Made by a program: the position numbers and the translations under genes | DNA from: Tortispora ganteri | Taxonomy: Eukaryota | Assembly (NCBI GenBank): GCA_003707115.1 | Contig: PPNB01000024.1 | Span: 1-64,000, forward strand | DNA length: 64,000 nucleotides | Reading direction: 5' to 3' | Shown here: positions 1 to 10,337 of the stretch, piece by piece | How positions within the stretch are numbered: the stretch's first letter is position 1 | How the letters are laid out: the number at the start of each line of letters is the position of its first letter | The notes under the pieces: generated by a model | Databases searched by the model: none | What the model was told of the DNA's origin: nothing | Seen by the model: only the letters and a program-made list of their open reading frames with translations

Positions 1-593
1 AAACTCCACTAAATAATCTACTATCCTTCCACTATGTCTAGCACAGTTTTAGGGCATGTTTCTACTGCATTTGGCGCGGCTTGTGGCTTCTAATTAGGAG
101 AATCGCGAAAATCGTGTGCAAATGGTGGAATGGCAAAAAACACCAAGGCTACACCCTTGGTAAATTTTCAGATTTCGCGATAATCTTGATTTTTCTAAAA
201 TGGTCATTATAGCGGCCCAAACGCCACCAAAACACTCAAATATCGTTCCATTATGCATATAATACCTTTAAGAAGTGTTTCTATAGCTGGTGACAGTTTA
301 CTGTGAAAACCGTGAAAATCGTGAAAATCTTGAAAATCGCAAAAAACACTAAGGCTATAGCCTTGGTAAATTTTCAGATTTCACGAAAATCTTGATTTTT
401 TAGAAATTGCTCTTAAAGCCTCTAAAACGTCAATAAATACTCAAATAACCGAACATTATGCTTAGAATACCTTCAGAGCCTCTTCTAGGCCTTTCACGCG
501 GCTCATGATAGTTTGCCAATAAAACTGAGCAAATCGCAATACTCGTAAATGTCACCAAGACCACTACATCGACTTTGAGAAACACGCCATCTA
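1..593. repeat. Long direct repeat copy A (left end cut by the window)
   Basis: Aligns with 2541-3136 at about 96% by manual count (about 24 differences, 13 in the first 110 bp); contains an internal ~70-bp duplication (~133-200 vs ~339-406) and 9-bp GTGAAAATC repeats. Confidence 0.95.
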
Positions 594-914
594 GGGCAAA
601 GAAACTACATTGCTTTTTAGTCTTGAAGATAGGAAGATGCACCTCTCCGTGGGTCTTGCAGCAACTCCTGTACTATTTGATCGTCGATGGTCTTGTCGGT
701 CGACTTCTGATGAATCTCGAAGATTCTGGCTGGTTCCAGGGCGATAGCACTGGCACGCATGTACACGCGTCCGATGGCTGTTGTGTCAAGAGCCCAATGG
801 TTAATCTTATTATTCCTAGACGCTGTTAACCTTCGATTGAGCGCATCCTGTGTAAATTGTTCGCGTGGGTTGCTCAATGTATACGGTCGTCGACCGTAAG
901 TGGAGTAAGCCTAG
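590..914 (+). mobile_element. Possible non-autonomous Helitron-like element
   Basis: A|TC at 589/590; palindrome TACGGTCG-T-CGACCGTA 882-898, a 12-nt spacer, then CTAG (911-914)|T; no Rep/helicase ORF. Confidence 0.35.
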
Positions 915-1125
915 TGAAGGAGAGCGAACAGCGCCCCCTATTGGCTAGAAATATCACGTGCAAACACCTGTACCCTTGAATAAAGTTTTTTTAGGACTGA
1001 AGAAAGATGTCGAGCAATGCATCCTATTGGCTATATATCAGGTGATATACCCTATACCCTGGATTAAAGTTGCAAAAAATCGCTGAAAGGCCAAAATAAC
1101 CCTGAACCCTTCCCGAGAAAACGGG

Positions 1126-1784
1126 AAACCCTAACCTGATTTTCAAGACTTCTGATTGGATATCCGTAAACTTTAACCTTATTTATGCATTAGAGCTTCT
1201 GATTGGTCAATTCCAAACTTTAACCTTATTTTGTACCATAGCTTCTGATTGGTCGATCTAAAAGCTTAACCTTCGATCTAAAACTTTAACCTTCGATCGG
1301 ATCGATACCCTCTGATTGGTCGATCCAAAAGCTTAACCTTCGATCTAAAACTTTAACCTTCGATCGGATCGATTGCCTCTTATTGGTCGATCTAAAAGCT
1401 TAACCTTCGATCTAAAACTTTAACCTTCGATCGGATCGATTGCCTCTTATTGGTCGATCTAAAACTTTAACCTTCGATCGGATCGATCGTCTCTTATTGG
1501 TCGATTTAAAAGCTTAACCTTCGATCGGATCGATCGCTTCTGATTGGTCGATCTAAAAGCTTAACCTTCGATCGGATCGATCGTCTCTTATTGGTCGATT
1601 TAAAAGCTTAACCTTCGATCGGATCGATCGCTTCTGATTGGTCGATCCAAAAGCTTAACCTTCGATCGGATCGATCGTCTCTGATTGGTCAATTTAAACC
1701 AAACCTTAATTGTAAAATAAAGCTTCTTATTGGCTGCTTCATTACCCTAACCTGATTATAAAATTAGGCCTTCTGATTGGTCAA
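1126..1784. repeat. Minisatellite, about 13 units of 47 bp (67 bp where a 20-bp subunit is doubled)
   Basis: Consensus CTTCTGATTGG-TCGATCTA-AAAGCTTAACCTT-CGATCGGATCGATCG; homogeneous central units, diverged outer units. Confidence 0.95.
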
Positions 1785-2540
1785 TATTGTTTCAAACTCT
1801 AATTTTTTGAATAAACTGTGCAGCTAATTGATTGGCTAATATAAGGTTTATATTGCCTAATCGGGATATATTGCCTCGGCTCAAAACCTTAATCGCTAAA
1901 GATCGTCAACCACTATAGCAATATATCTCTGTAATACTGTATGGTTTCACTGCGCACTGAAGATGCAGTAGTTGTAGCATAAAATCACTGTCTTCGGCTA
2001 AAGTATTCGCAACACTCCATTTGGCGTAGCCTGAAGATCTATAATATCTTCTGCTTTGTCTCACTGCATGCTCTCAACGTGAAGTGCTAGGTGCTCAGTA
2101 GGCGAAAAGATGCGCAGCTTTAAAATGCTACAAACCCAAGTAATAATGTGTTTCCAGCAATTTTATTGCCACTAAATAAAACCGATCAGTGGTGCTAGTA
2201 GTTTGAAACTATTTTCACGTTGGTGAATGCCGTTTCGCCGGCATTGGAACCGAATCAATAAAATCGACGATGTATGCCTTCAGGATCGGCAAGCAGTGCA
2301 GAAATTAGAATTGCATCTTCATTGCAGGTTAACATGCAACATCACAAAATAAGCTTCATTCAAATAGTAGGAGCATAAATAATCACAGCTTCGATTGCTT
2401 TTCGACGGTATTCACGACTGTTTTGGACAGCATTACAAGAATATCAAACTTATCCAAAAGTGCCATGGTTGTTGGCAAGGGGAATTATAGGGCAGGCTAT
2501 ATATGTTCCTTCAACCTGCCACAGCAGTATATAACCATTA

Positions 2541-3136
2541 AAACTCCACTAAATAATCGATTATTCTTCGACTATCTTTATCACAGTTTTAGGGCATGTT
2601 TCTACAGCATTTGGCACGGTTTGTGGTTTCTAATTAGCAGAATCGCGAGAATCGTGTGCAAATGGTGGAATGGCAAAAAACACCAAGGCTACACCCTTGG
2701 TAAATTTTCGGATTTCGCGATAATCTTGATTTTTCTAAAAGTGCTCATTATAGCGGCCCAACCGCCACCAAAATACTCAAATATCGTTCCATTATGCATA
2801 CAATACCTTTAAGAAGTGTTTCTATAGCTGGTGACAGTTTACTGTGAAAACCGTGAAAATCGTGAAAATCTCGAAAATCGCAAAAAACACTAAGGCTATA
2901 GCCTTGGTAAATTTTCAGATTTCACGAAAATCTTGATTTTTTAGAAATTGCTCTTAAAGCGTCTAAAACGTCAGTAAATACTCAAATAACCGAACATTAT
3001 GCTTAGAATACCTTCAGAGCCTCTTCTAGGCCTTTCACGCGGCTCATGATAGTTTGCCAATAAAACTGAGCAAATCGCAATACTCGTAAATGTCACCAAG
3101 ACCACACTACATCGACTTTGAGAAACACGCTATCTA
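2541..3136. repeat. Long direct repeat copy B
   Basis: Same sequence as 1-593 at an offset of 2540; homology ends at CACGC(C/T)ATCTA. Confidence 0.95.
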
Positions 3137-3503
3137 TCGATAGGCTAGATCATTATCTGCTATTTTTCTCTGACTTAGTATTGGCTGTCTTGCCTTAACT
3201 CAGATACCTTCACTTCGGCTTCCATACTTTACTTTTGGTAGTCTCAATTTCTCTCTGTGTGGTTTCTGGTCCTTCGCTTGGTACCTAAGCTGCTTGAGTG
3301 CATCTGTGACTTTGTTGGTACGCGTTAAGTTCATTAGACTGTTGCAAACTTATGCTAAACTCGCCGCCCTAATACAGTAACTCCCAAATTTGCAGGGTCC
3401 CGGGTGAAATGAAATCAACATGCCTTAGCATTTGCAGATTCAACCCATCACACAGCCCAATACACTAAAAGGAACCGATCTCGGTGCTCTTAAATGCCTA
3501 TCA

Positions 3504-4613
3504 ATGAAAGAGAGACGTCTTAATGGACCGAAATATGCCCCGATAACTGTACCGGCTTCGCGACGTTTACAAACACTGACTGTATTCTGCCATGTAGCTG
3601 CGTTATGGTTATCAACATCTATCTTCTTCCTGTGCTGCGCTATTCCATTGTTCTGGCCCTTCATTATTGCCTATCTCTTTTATCTGCGGTTTGAGCGATC
3701 GTACTCTGATGGATCTGGCAAGCGCTGTGAATGGATTCGCCATTCCCGCCTCGGGAAATGGTTCTGCGATTTCTTTCCTCTAACTCTCATAAGAACCGCC
3801 CCTTTGACACCCACATATAACTGGTCAAGGGTGCCTCACTCCCGGTTCTGGCCATGGGTCACACTGCCTAAAGCTCCAGAAGATAAGCCAAGATACGTAT
3901 TTGGAATTCACCCGCATGGAATAATTGCTTTGTCGATTTTCGGCGTTCTTTCAAGCGAGGGCCGCGGTTGGTCTAAGCTCTTCCCGGGAATACCTACGTC
4001 ATTACTTACTCTGGACTCCAATTTTAGAGTGCCCTTTTACAGGGACTATCTGCAGGCCTTTGGCCTTTCGTCAGTTTCTAAGCAATCATGTTTGAACTTG
4101 CTCAAACGAGGCTCATCTATCTGTATAGTTGTCGGCGGCGCGCAGGAATCATTGCTTGCCCATCCTGGTCAAATGGAAATCATCCTTAGAAAGAGAAAAG
4201 GATTCGTCAAAATTGCAATGTCGCAACCTAATGTCCATCTAGTGCCTATTCTTGCATTTGGAGAAAATGATCTTTATGACCAAGTAGAAAATGATCCTGA
4301 GTCTAAGCTCTACCGTCTGCAGACTTTCCTCAAGAGCAAGCTCGGTTTTGCCGTGCCCCTGATGTATGGACGAGGAGTCTTCAACTATGACTTTGGCCTT
4401 CTTCCTTACAGACGGCCCGTGAAGGTTGTCGTGGGTAACCCTATCACCGTACCGTATCTTCCCGACCATCCTGTGAGTGAGATAGAACGCATTCATGGTC
4501 TCTACGTCGACGAACTCATGCGCATATGGAACGAACACAAAGATTCTTATATTGAGGAAGCATCTACTTATCTAGGTCCCAAATCCAGCATGAGTTTGGA
4601 AATTATTGAATAA
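3504..4613 (+). CDS. DGA1: Diacylglycerol O-acyltransferase (DGAT2 family)
   Basis: RRLQT, HPHG, VVGGAQESL, RKGFVK, FGENDLY and GRGVFNYDFG motifs; first in-frame ATG at 3504. Confidence 0.95.
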   Translation: MKERRLNGPKYAPITVPASRRLQTLTVFCHVAALWLSTSIFFLCCAIPLFWPFIIAYLFYLRFERSYSDGSGKRCEWIRHSRLGKWFCDFFPLTLIRTAPLTPTYNWSRVPHSRFWPWVTLPKAPEDKPRYVFGIHPHGIIALSIFGVLSSEGRGWSKLFPGIPTSLLTLDSNFRVPFYRDYLQAFGLSSVSKQSCLNLLKRGSSICIVVGGAQESLLAHPGQMEIILRKRKGFVKIAMSQPNVHLVPILAFGENDLYDQVENDPESKLYRLQTFLKSKLGFAVPLMYGRGVFNYDFGLLPYRRPVKVVVGNPITVPYLPDHPVSEIERIHGLYVDELMRIWNEHKDSYIEEASTYLGPKSSMSLEIIE

Positions 4614-4750
4614 ATATTAGTTGCTGGCATTCATTTATATGCCCTGCGCTATGATAAACCATTTCAGTACAAAGTCGCAGGACTTGACCAGTTCGTGGGT
4701 CCTCGTATACCAGGTTGCTCGTAGTTAGTATGTGGCCCACGGCTCTGTAT

Positions 4751-5467
4751 CTAAGCCTTATGTACTTCACGAATCATGGCATATAGCTTGCATATCTCAC
4801 CGTTATCGTCACAGACCATTTCTTTTACTACTTCAAATCCCATCTTCCTGTAGATGGTGACGTTGGGATCCCATTTCGAAGACTCCAAGTAGCATCGAAT
4901 ACCGCTCTTATCAGCAATATCAAGGACATATTTGACAAGCTTCTTACCGATTCCCTTGCCCTGTTCTGCAGGGTCCACTACGACAATATTTAGAAACCAC
5001 ACGCCTTTGTCGTCGTGTGCGAGGACCTCATCGTGTGTCTCCCGCTGAACCTTCTTCCAAATGTTGTATCGACGTACATTTAGCCCTGCGTATCCAAAGC
5101 GCATATTCATCCAGACTTGCTGAAACCAGACTTTCCACGAAGATGAATAGGCCCAGAAGCGATCAGAATAGCTCTGCTTTTTCGGGACAGGAGCCATCCA
5201 CAGAGCTACACCGACCACCTTCCCATCCTCCTCGGCGACGAGGGGACAGCCGTATTCTATTAGCCACCGGAGACGAATAGACAAGGACTCTAGATTTCGT
5301 ACTAAGAGTCCTGGCTGAAAGTCGTAAAGCCAAATAGCATACGGGTCACCCTTAGACTCTGGAGCCTTTGGATCATTGAATACCGCTGAAGGGAAGAAAG
5401 TACGCTGAATAGCGCGTGCAGCATAAGGGATGTCGGCTTCCTCAAGTCTTCTAATGCTTATGGTCAT
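4751..5467 (-). CDS. GNAT-family acetyltransferase
   Basis: VVGVALW; motif A VDPAEQGKGIGKKL; YLESS..NVTIYRKMGF; ATG at 5467. Confidence 0.9.
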   Translation of the reverse strand: MTISIRRLEEADIPYAARAIQRTFFPSAVFNDPKAPESKGDPYAIWLYDFQPGLLVRNLESLSIRLRWLIEYGCPLVAEEDGKVVGVALWMAPVPKKQSYSDRFWAYSSSWKVWFQQVWMNMRFGYAGLNVRRYNIWKKVQRETHDEVLAHDDKGVWFLNIVVVDPAEQGKGIGKKLVKYVLDIADKSGIRCYLESSKWDPNVTIYRKMGFEVVKEMVCDDNGEICKLYAMIREVHKA

Positions 5468-5750
5468 CGGGTTTCTCCCTACTGTAGTGCAAATAATAGA
5501 ATCGCAGCACCCAAAAGCGGGCAACTAGGCTTATAAATTGGTAGAGGATTTAAATTGAGATTTCTCGCTCGATAAGGAGAATCCAGATCTATTTAGTGCC
5601 AATTCGTTTAACTTTAGTTAGCAAACTATATTTTGCATTCTTTCATGATAATTCGCCAATCATAAGGCTAGGAAAAACTTAAATTTCCGATCATCGACAG
5701 TGATCGCTGCTAGTTTATATGAATCTGCAGCCAGTTATTTTCCCAATTCT

Positions 5751-7184
5751 TCATCTTCTTTCCATTTCTGCAATCCGTTCTTCTAGTTCTCGAGTTTTTT
5801 CGATCATTTCATGCCACTGTCTCCGTGGAACGACTATTAGTTCTTCGTAAGGTTCGTATCTGCTATCGCGTAAACTATACGCGCGTGCACTTTCTATTCG
5901 TCGCATATCGCCGCTGATTCTCGCTGAGTGGTTAGAGCGTCGCCTTGTCGTCCCCTGTGCTACGGTGGAGTGATAGTCATTATGGTAGCGTGTTCCGCTG
6001 TCCAGATGTATGCGCTTGCGACGATAGTCATCCGTATTCTTACGCGGGGTAGGCAAGGAGAGTCTGGCCTTTGTGCTTCGTGAGTAATGGTGAGCAGGCG
6101 AGCCGTCATTTAAGCTTCGACTGCTTTCAGGCGATCGTAGGTGTCTCAAGTGCCTTTTTCTTGAACGTTCTTCTTCGTAGTAGGTGCCAATGAAATTCTT
6201 GTCTCTGCCGTTTTTCGCGTAGTATTCCTCATAGTCGTCCTCGTAGTCGTCCTCATCATAGTGGCGATCATTGTAATGACTGTGGTAGTTGCTGGCTGAG
6301 CGGTCAGATGAAGATGCCTCGCAAAAAGCGTCTCTGTCTCCGTATATGTCGTCATCTGGTGTCCTATCTTTATATTGTACATTATCATTGCGCATTTCCG
6401 CATCCTCGTAGTAGTTTCCTGAATCATGATTCCCTGGAGATTGCCTTGTTCCACGTGACCGCTGCGGCGAGCTGATCAACCTATGCATTCTCCTGTCTGC
6501 GTACGACGACAGAACATCCGTAGAGGCTTCACGGCGCAAGATGTTGTGCTCGCTTTGTAGATGAGAATAGGGGCTGTGGTTGAAGCTGTGTGGCCGCGAT
6601 GGAGACAAAGGACCACGACGATCTGCGGGAAAGGAGGTGTAGTCTTGATCCTTCAGGCGCGTCGTGCTGCCTTTGCATCTGCCTTTGCTCGGTTTCGAAA
6701 GAGGTAGGCGGTGTATGTCTGAGTCATCCTGATAAGCAACCTCACTGTGAGTAGATGCGGGTTCGTTGCGTGCAGAGTGGGAGTATTTTCCTAGGGTGTC
6801 GATCATATCTTCTGAATACGCCTGTTCCGATGTGTAGGAGCTGTATGATGAGGCAGATTCCTGCAAGCTATGATGGTTATTTTCAATTAATGCATCTTCG
6901 CCAGATTGGTAGGGCTCATTCGTGGGAGAGTGGTTATTACGGTCTGGAGATTGGTCCGGTTGATCCGCCGTCACGGGTTCTGCGTATGAGTCGTATCCAG
7001 AATGCATAGCACGTATATGTCTATTCATCGAGTCCTTTCTGGCAAATCCGCGCAAACACACGTGACATGTGAACTGCGGCTGATTTGAGTGCGAGGCCAG
7101 ATGACGTTGCAGGTCGTACGGTCTTGTAAACGAGACGTTGCAGACATCACATAAGACATCTTTCGGTTTCGCTGTGTCGGCCAT
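5751..7184 (-). CDS. C2H2 zinc-finger transcription factor (two N-terminal fingers)
   Basis: CDVC..FTRPYDLQRHLASH and CHVC..FARKDSMNRHIRAMH; low-complexity body; C-terminal coiled coil. Confidence 0.9.
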   Translation of the reverse strand: MADTAKPKDVLCDVCNVSFTRPYDLQRHLASHSNQPQFTCHVCLRGFARKDSMNRHIRAMHSGYDSYAEPVTADQPDQSPDRNNHSPTNEPYQSGEDALIENNHHSLQESASSYSSYTSEQAYSEDMIDTLGKYSHSARNEPASTHSEVAYQDDSDIHRLPLSKPSKGRCKGSTTRLKDQDYTSFPADRRGPLSPSRPHSFNHSPYSHLQSEHNILRREASTDVLSSYADRRMHRLISSPQRSRGTRQSPGNHDSGNYYEDAEMRNDNVQYKDRTPDDDIYGDRDAFCEASSSDRSASNYHSHYNDRHYDEDDYEDDYEEYYAKNGRDKNFIGTYYEEERSRKRHLRHLRSPESSRSLNDGSPAHHYSRSTKARLSLPTPRKNTDDYRRKRIHLDSGTRYHNDYHSTVAQGTTRRRSNHSARISGDMRRIESARAYSLRDSRYEPYEELIVVPRRQWHEMIEKTRELEERIAEMERR

Positions 7185-7452
7185 CTCCGTTTATTTTTCA
7201 TGTGCCTGAAAACTAACTGAGGGGTGATTGTGTTAACAACTGATTCGATGTTCCAGTCAAAATGCGCAGAAACCTGTGCCACGGAAAGTGTGTGTCCCAG
7301 GGAAAGCTTGAGATTGGGTACTAGGTGTAGTTTATTGACGCGCTGGCGTATTGACATTTATTGAAGGTTTGCTTAAGGAACAACTAATGCTCTCTTTATT
7401 TATTGCATCCAATAATATTAGTAGCGCTTTTATTCACAGCGGTAGAGACTGT

Positions 7453-8667
7453 CTATCTAAAGTAGTGCGTAGGTACAAAAGGCATCTTCGACACGACGGC
7501 CGGGAACCGTTTCTTTCTGATTTCCAGTTCAACTTCCGTTCCAGAGGTGTGGAAACCCTTCTTAACGTAACCCATAGCAATGTTTTTCTGGAGTGTAGGA
7601 GACGGAAGCCCCGAAGTCACTTCTCCAATAGGTTCGGCGTCAGGACCAGCACCAGCGGTAAAAATCTTAGCGTGTCCGCGTGCAGGTGGTCCACGTCCAA
7701 TGGATACAATTCCAACGCGGCGTTTCGCCGCTGATTTGTCAGCAATCTGCTTCAACACAACTTCAGAACCTCGAAAATCATTTCTCGGCGCAGATCGACG
7801 ACCCTTGGCAACAACCCAGGTCAGACTCGCTTCGATAGGTGTGGTCTCTTCAGAAATGTCAGATCCGTAGAGGCACATACCGGCTTCGAGTCTGAGAGAG
7901 TCACGCGCAGCTAAGCCGGCGGGCTGTACAATTCCTCCACCCTTTGCCGACATTAGCGCGTCTGCCAGCTCTGCGGTGCGTTCCGCCGGGGCCGCAATCT
8001 CAAACCCGTCCTCGCCCGTATACCCTCCCCGACTGGTGCGGCATCCAGGGATTCCAGCAATTGTCAGGAGCTGATTACAACCAAATTTCAATGTGTTAAG
8101 ATCAAATTGCGTAAGAGACTTCAACACCTCAGCCGACTTTGGGCCTTGCAGAGCTACAAGGCCGTCATCCAGGACCTTGTGCTTGACCTGAGAGAATTCA
8201 GTGTCGATAGCTTGCTTGAAGTAGGCTAGATCGCCTTCACGGCATCCAGCATTAGTAACCACGTAGTACTCTGATTCATCTAACTTTGTCACAATCGTGT
8301 CGTCGACAATTCCGCCCTCATTGTTCAGTAGGACCGTCAAGGAGCCTGTGCCAGGAGCCATGGCTGTGAGGTCAATCGGGGTCAGTCGCTCCAGCATGGC
8401 CTTGGCCTCTGACCCAGAGAAAATGTGCTGCACCATGTGGCTAACATCAAAAAGACCAGAACTTGTACGTACCCAATTGTGTGACTCGATATGGCTCTGA
8501 ATCTTAGGATAGACTATAGGCATCGAGAAACCCGCGAATGGCGCCATAGTCGCGCCCTTCTCGATATGCCAATTGTACAGCGGTGTCTTTCCCTCGGCCC
8601 CATTCGCTGAGGCAAACCACCTGACACTTGTAGGTATCTTTGCGTGATTCTTGATAAGTCGACTCAT
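7453..8667 (-). CDS. GCV1: Glycine cleavage T protein (aminomethyltransferase), mitochondrial
   Basis: KTPLY, GLFDVSHM, GYTGEDGFEI, GLAARDSLRLEAGMCLYG, MPFVP. Confidence 0.97.
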   Translation of the reverse strand: MSRLIKNHAKIPTSVRWFASANGAEGKTPLYNWHIEKGATMAPFAGFSMPIVYPKIQSHIESHNWVRTSSGLFDVSHMVQHIFSGSEAKAMLERLTPIDLTAMAPGTGSLTVLLNNEGGIVDDTIVTKLDESEYYVVTNAGCREGDLAYFKQAIDTEFSQVKHKVLDDGLVALQGPKSAEVLKSLTQFDLNTLKFGCNQLLTIAGIPGCRTSRGGYTGEDGFEIAAPAERTAELADALMSAKGGGIVQPAGLAARDSLRLEAGMCLYGSDISEETTPIEASLTWVVAKGRRSAPRNDFRGSEVVLKQIADKSAAKRRVGIVSIGRGPPARGHAKIFTAGAGPDAEPIGEVTSGLPSPTLQKNIAMGYVKKGFHTSGTEVELEIRKKRFPAVVSKMPFVPTHYFR

Positions 8668-8934
8668 CGTGCAAACAAATTAATTGCAAAATAAAAAAAG
8701 ACGCTCTTGTGCTAAAAATAAGTGAGGAAAATCTCAGTATTAACTTAAGCTTTGCTTGTCTAAAACTCTAATTTGTTGCAATGACATATGGAGGCATTCG
8801 AGTGCTACTACACAAAAAGCCGCTAAATAGTACAGTTCCTAGCATGCTGGTGCTTGAAATAGCAGAATACTATATATTAAATGATTATTGTATGCAATCT
8901 GGTAAAGAAGAAGTAATTGTGGGGTGGCACTGAT

Positions 8935-9966
8935 TTACTCTTGCTGCTCGTCATCCTCGTATTGAACTGGTGGGAGACTGGGTCGGGCACTTGATCTAGC
9001 CCGAGACTGCACTCGGTTAACAACTTTGGAGACTGAAGATGCAGAAGATCTGCGCCAAAAAGAGGGTCTCGAGGAAGATCGAGCTGATCTGGGCGTCTCG
9101 GGTGCTTCGGATCCGCGTCGCTGACGTTCTTTGTACTTGATTGTTTCGCGGTTGATGATATCCTCAACATCCCGCTGAATGTCCGCAAACGAGTCGTATG
9201 GAATATAAGGCAGATTGTTCTTTATGCAGTATTGTTCCAGAAGAAGACCTCTGCGCGCAAATAAGACATCGGCTTCACGTGCCGCTGGAAGGTCAGACAC
9301 ACCATCGCCAATGAATATAATAAGAGGGCTCTCTTCGATTCCTAGCTCTTCGTAGGTGGGTCCAGAGGGATCGTTGGCATCAGCCTCCCTGATCTCTTCT
9401 GTAGTATGTTCACGAAACTCCTGGATAGATTGTGCCTTATCGTGGCCGAGCTCTGTGTCGTGTCTCCATATCGGTTTCCATTGGTACTTTTTCTCGCCGT
9501 CCTCTTCTGCCACTTGTACGATGTCGGCGTCGTTGGAGATGATACCTATCTGGCTAGACATTTCCTTCCCTAGAAACTCGTCCAGCACGTGGCGCAATAA
9601 TGGCTTGATTCCAGCAGAAATCACGTTAAACGGAATGTTATTATCGAAACAATATTGCACAAAATTAACAAACCCATCGTCCATCACCAGATACTTCTGC
9701 ATGGTTTCAAATCCCTGCTCTAGTGGGATATCTAGAGATGCCCATAACTCCTCACTGACCGATCTAAAGGATCTTTCGCCCGTACCAATCTGTGAATCAA
9801 GCTTCTTCCTGGTATCAACACCACATCCGTGATGATCAAAAAGAATGTGTCCAGTATCTTGCAAAAATATGGTGCCATCAAAGTCTGAAAAAACTGCTAC
9901 ATGCCTCCTATCCACTTCTTCGTCCAAGTTTGGAGCAGCTATCGATGCTGAACGTTGTGATGTCAT
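8935..9966 (-). CDS. HAD-superfamily phosphatase (MtnX/Pyp1-like)
   Basis: DFDGT, VISAG, GHDK, FIGDGVSD motifs; probable start ATG 9966 (ORF open to 10143). Confidence 0.88.
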   Translation of the reverse strand: MTSQRSASIAAPNLDEEVDRRHVAVFSDFDGTIFLQDTGHILFDHHGCGVDTRKKLDSQIGTGERSFRSVSEELWASLDIPLEQGFETMQKYLVMDDGFVNFVQYCFDNNIPFNVISAGIKPLLRHVLDEFLGKEMSSQIGIISNDADIVQVAEEDGEKKYQWKPIWRHDTELGHDKAQSIQEFREHTTEEIREADANDPSGPTYEELGIEESPLIIFIGDGVSDLPAAREADVLFARRGLLLEQYCIKNNLPYIPYDSFADIQRDVEDIINRETIKYKERQRRGSEAPETPRSARSSSRPSFWRRSSASSVSKVVNRVQSRARSSARPSLPPVQYEDDEQQE

Positions 9967-10337
9967 TTTCTCAGTAATTTTTCCAGAAAAAATTGTCTTC
10001 AAATTCCTAATTGTACTCTTATTATATAGACAGACTATATATTCACACAGTGAGACTATATCGTTACTCTTACGTTTCGAAAATGCACTGGTTTTCACCT
10101 GAGTATTGTCGCTCTCTAGGAGATTTGGGCCAGTAGTATCCATAGGTTTCTAGAACTCTTAACTGTGCTGCGGCTATTAAGGTTTACAGCGAAGTAATGT
10201 ATTTTCCAAGGCAGTTGGAAAATACGCTACGCCTCATATTATTTAACGGGGGCCTATCTTGCATTAATAATATTTAGTCATATATATGCAGGGCAGATAG
10301 TACATATTGCGGCGGCCTTTTTAGAACATTGAACCAC

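Noticed and set aside
707..730. Hammerhead ribozyme (CTGATGA plus hairpin)
   Set aside because: The required GAAA after stem II and stems I/III are absent
1242..1690. Repeat array as a CRISPR
   Set aside because: Intervening sequences are themselves repeated, there are no unique spacers or cas genes, and the context is eukaryotic
2423..2812. 129-aa ORF
   Set aside because: TTG start, runs into the repeat, and copy A differs by an indel that shifts the frame
1..3136. LTR retrotransposon or rDNA
   Set aside because: No TG..CA ends, PBS or gag/pol remnants, and no 5S/18S/25S similarity seen
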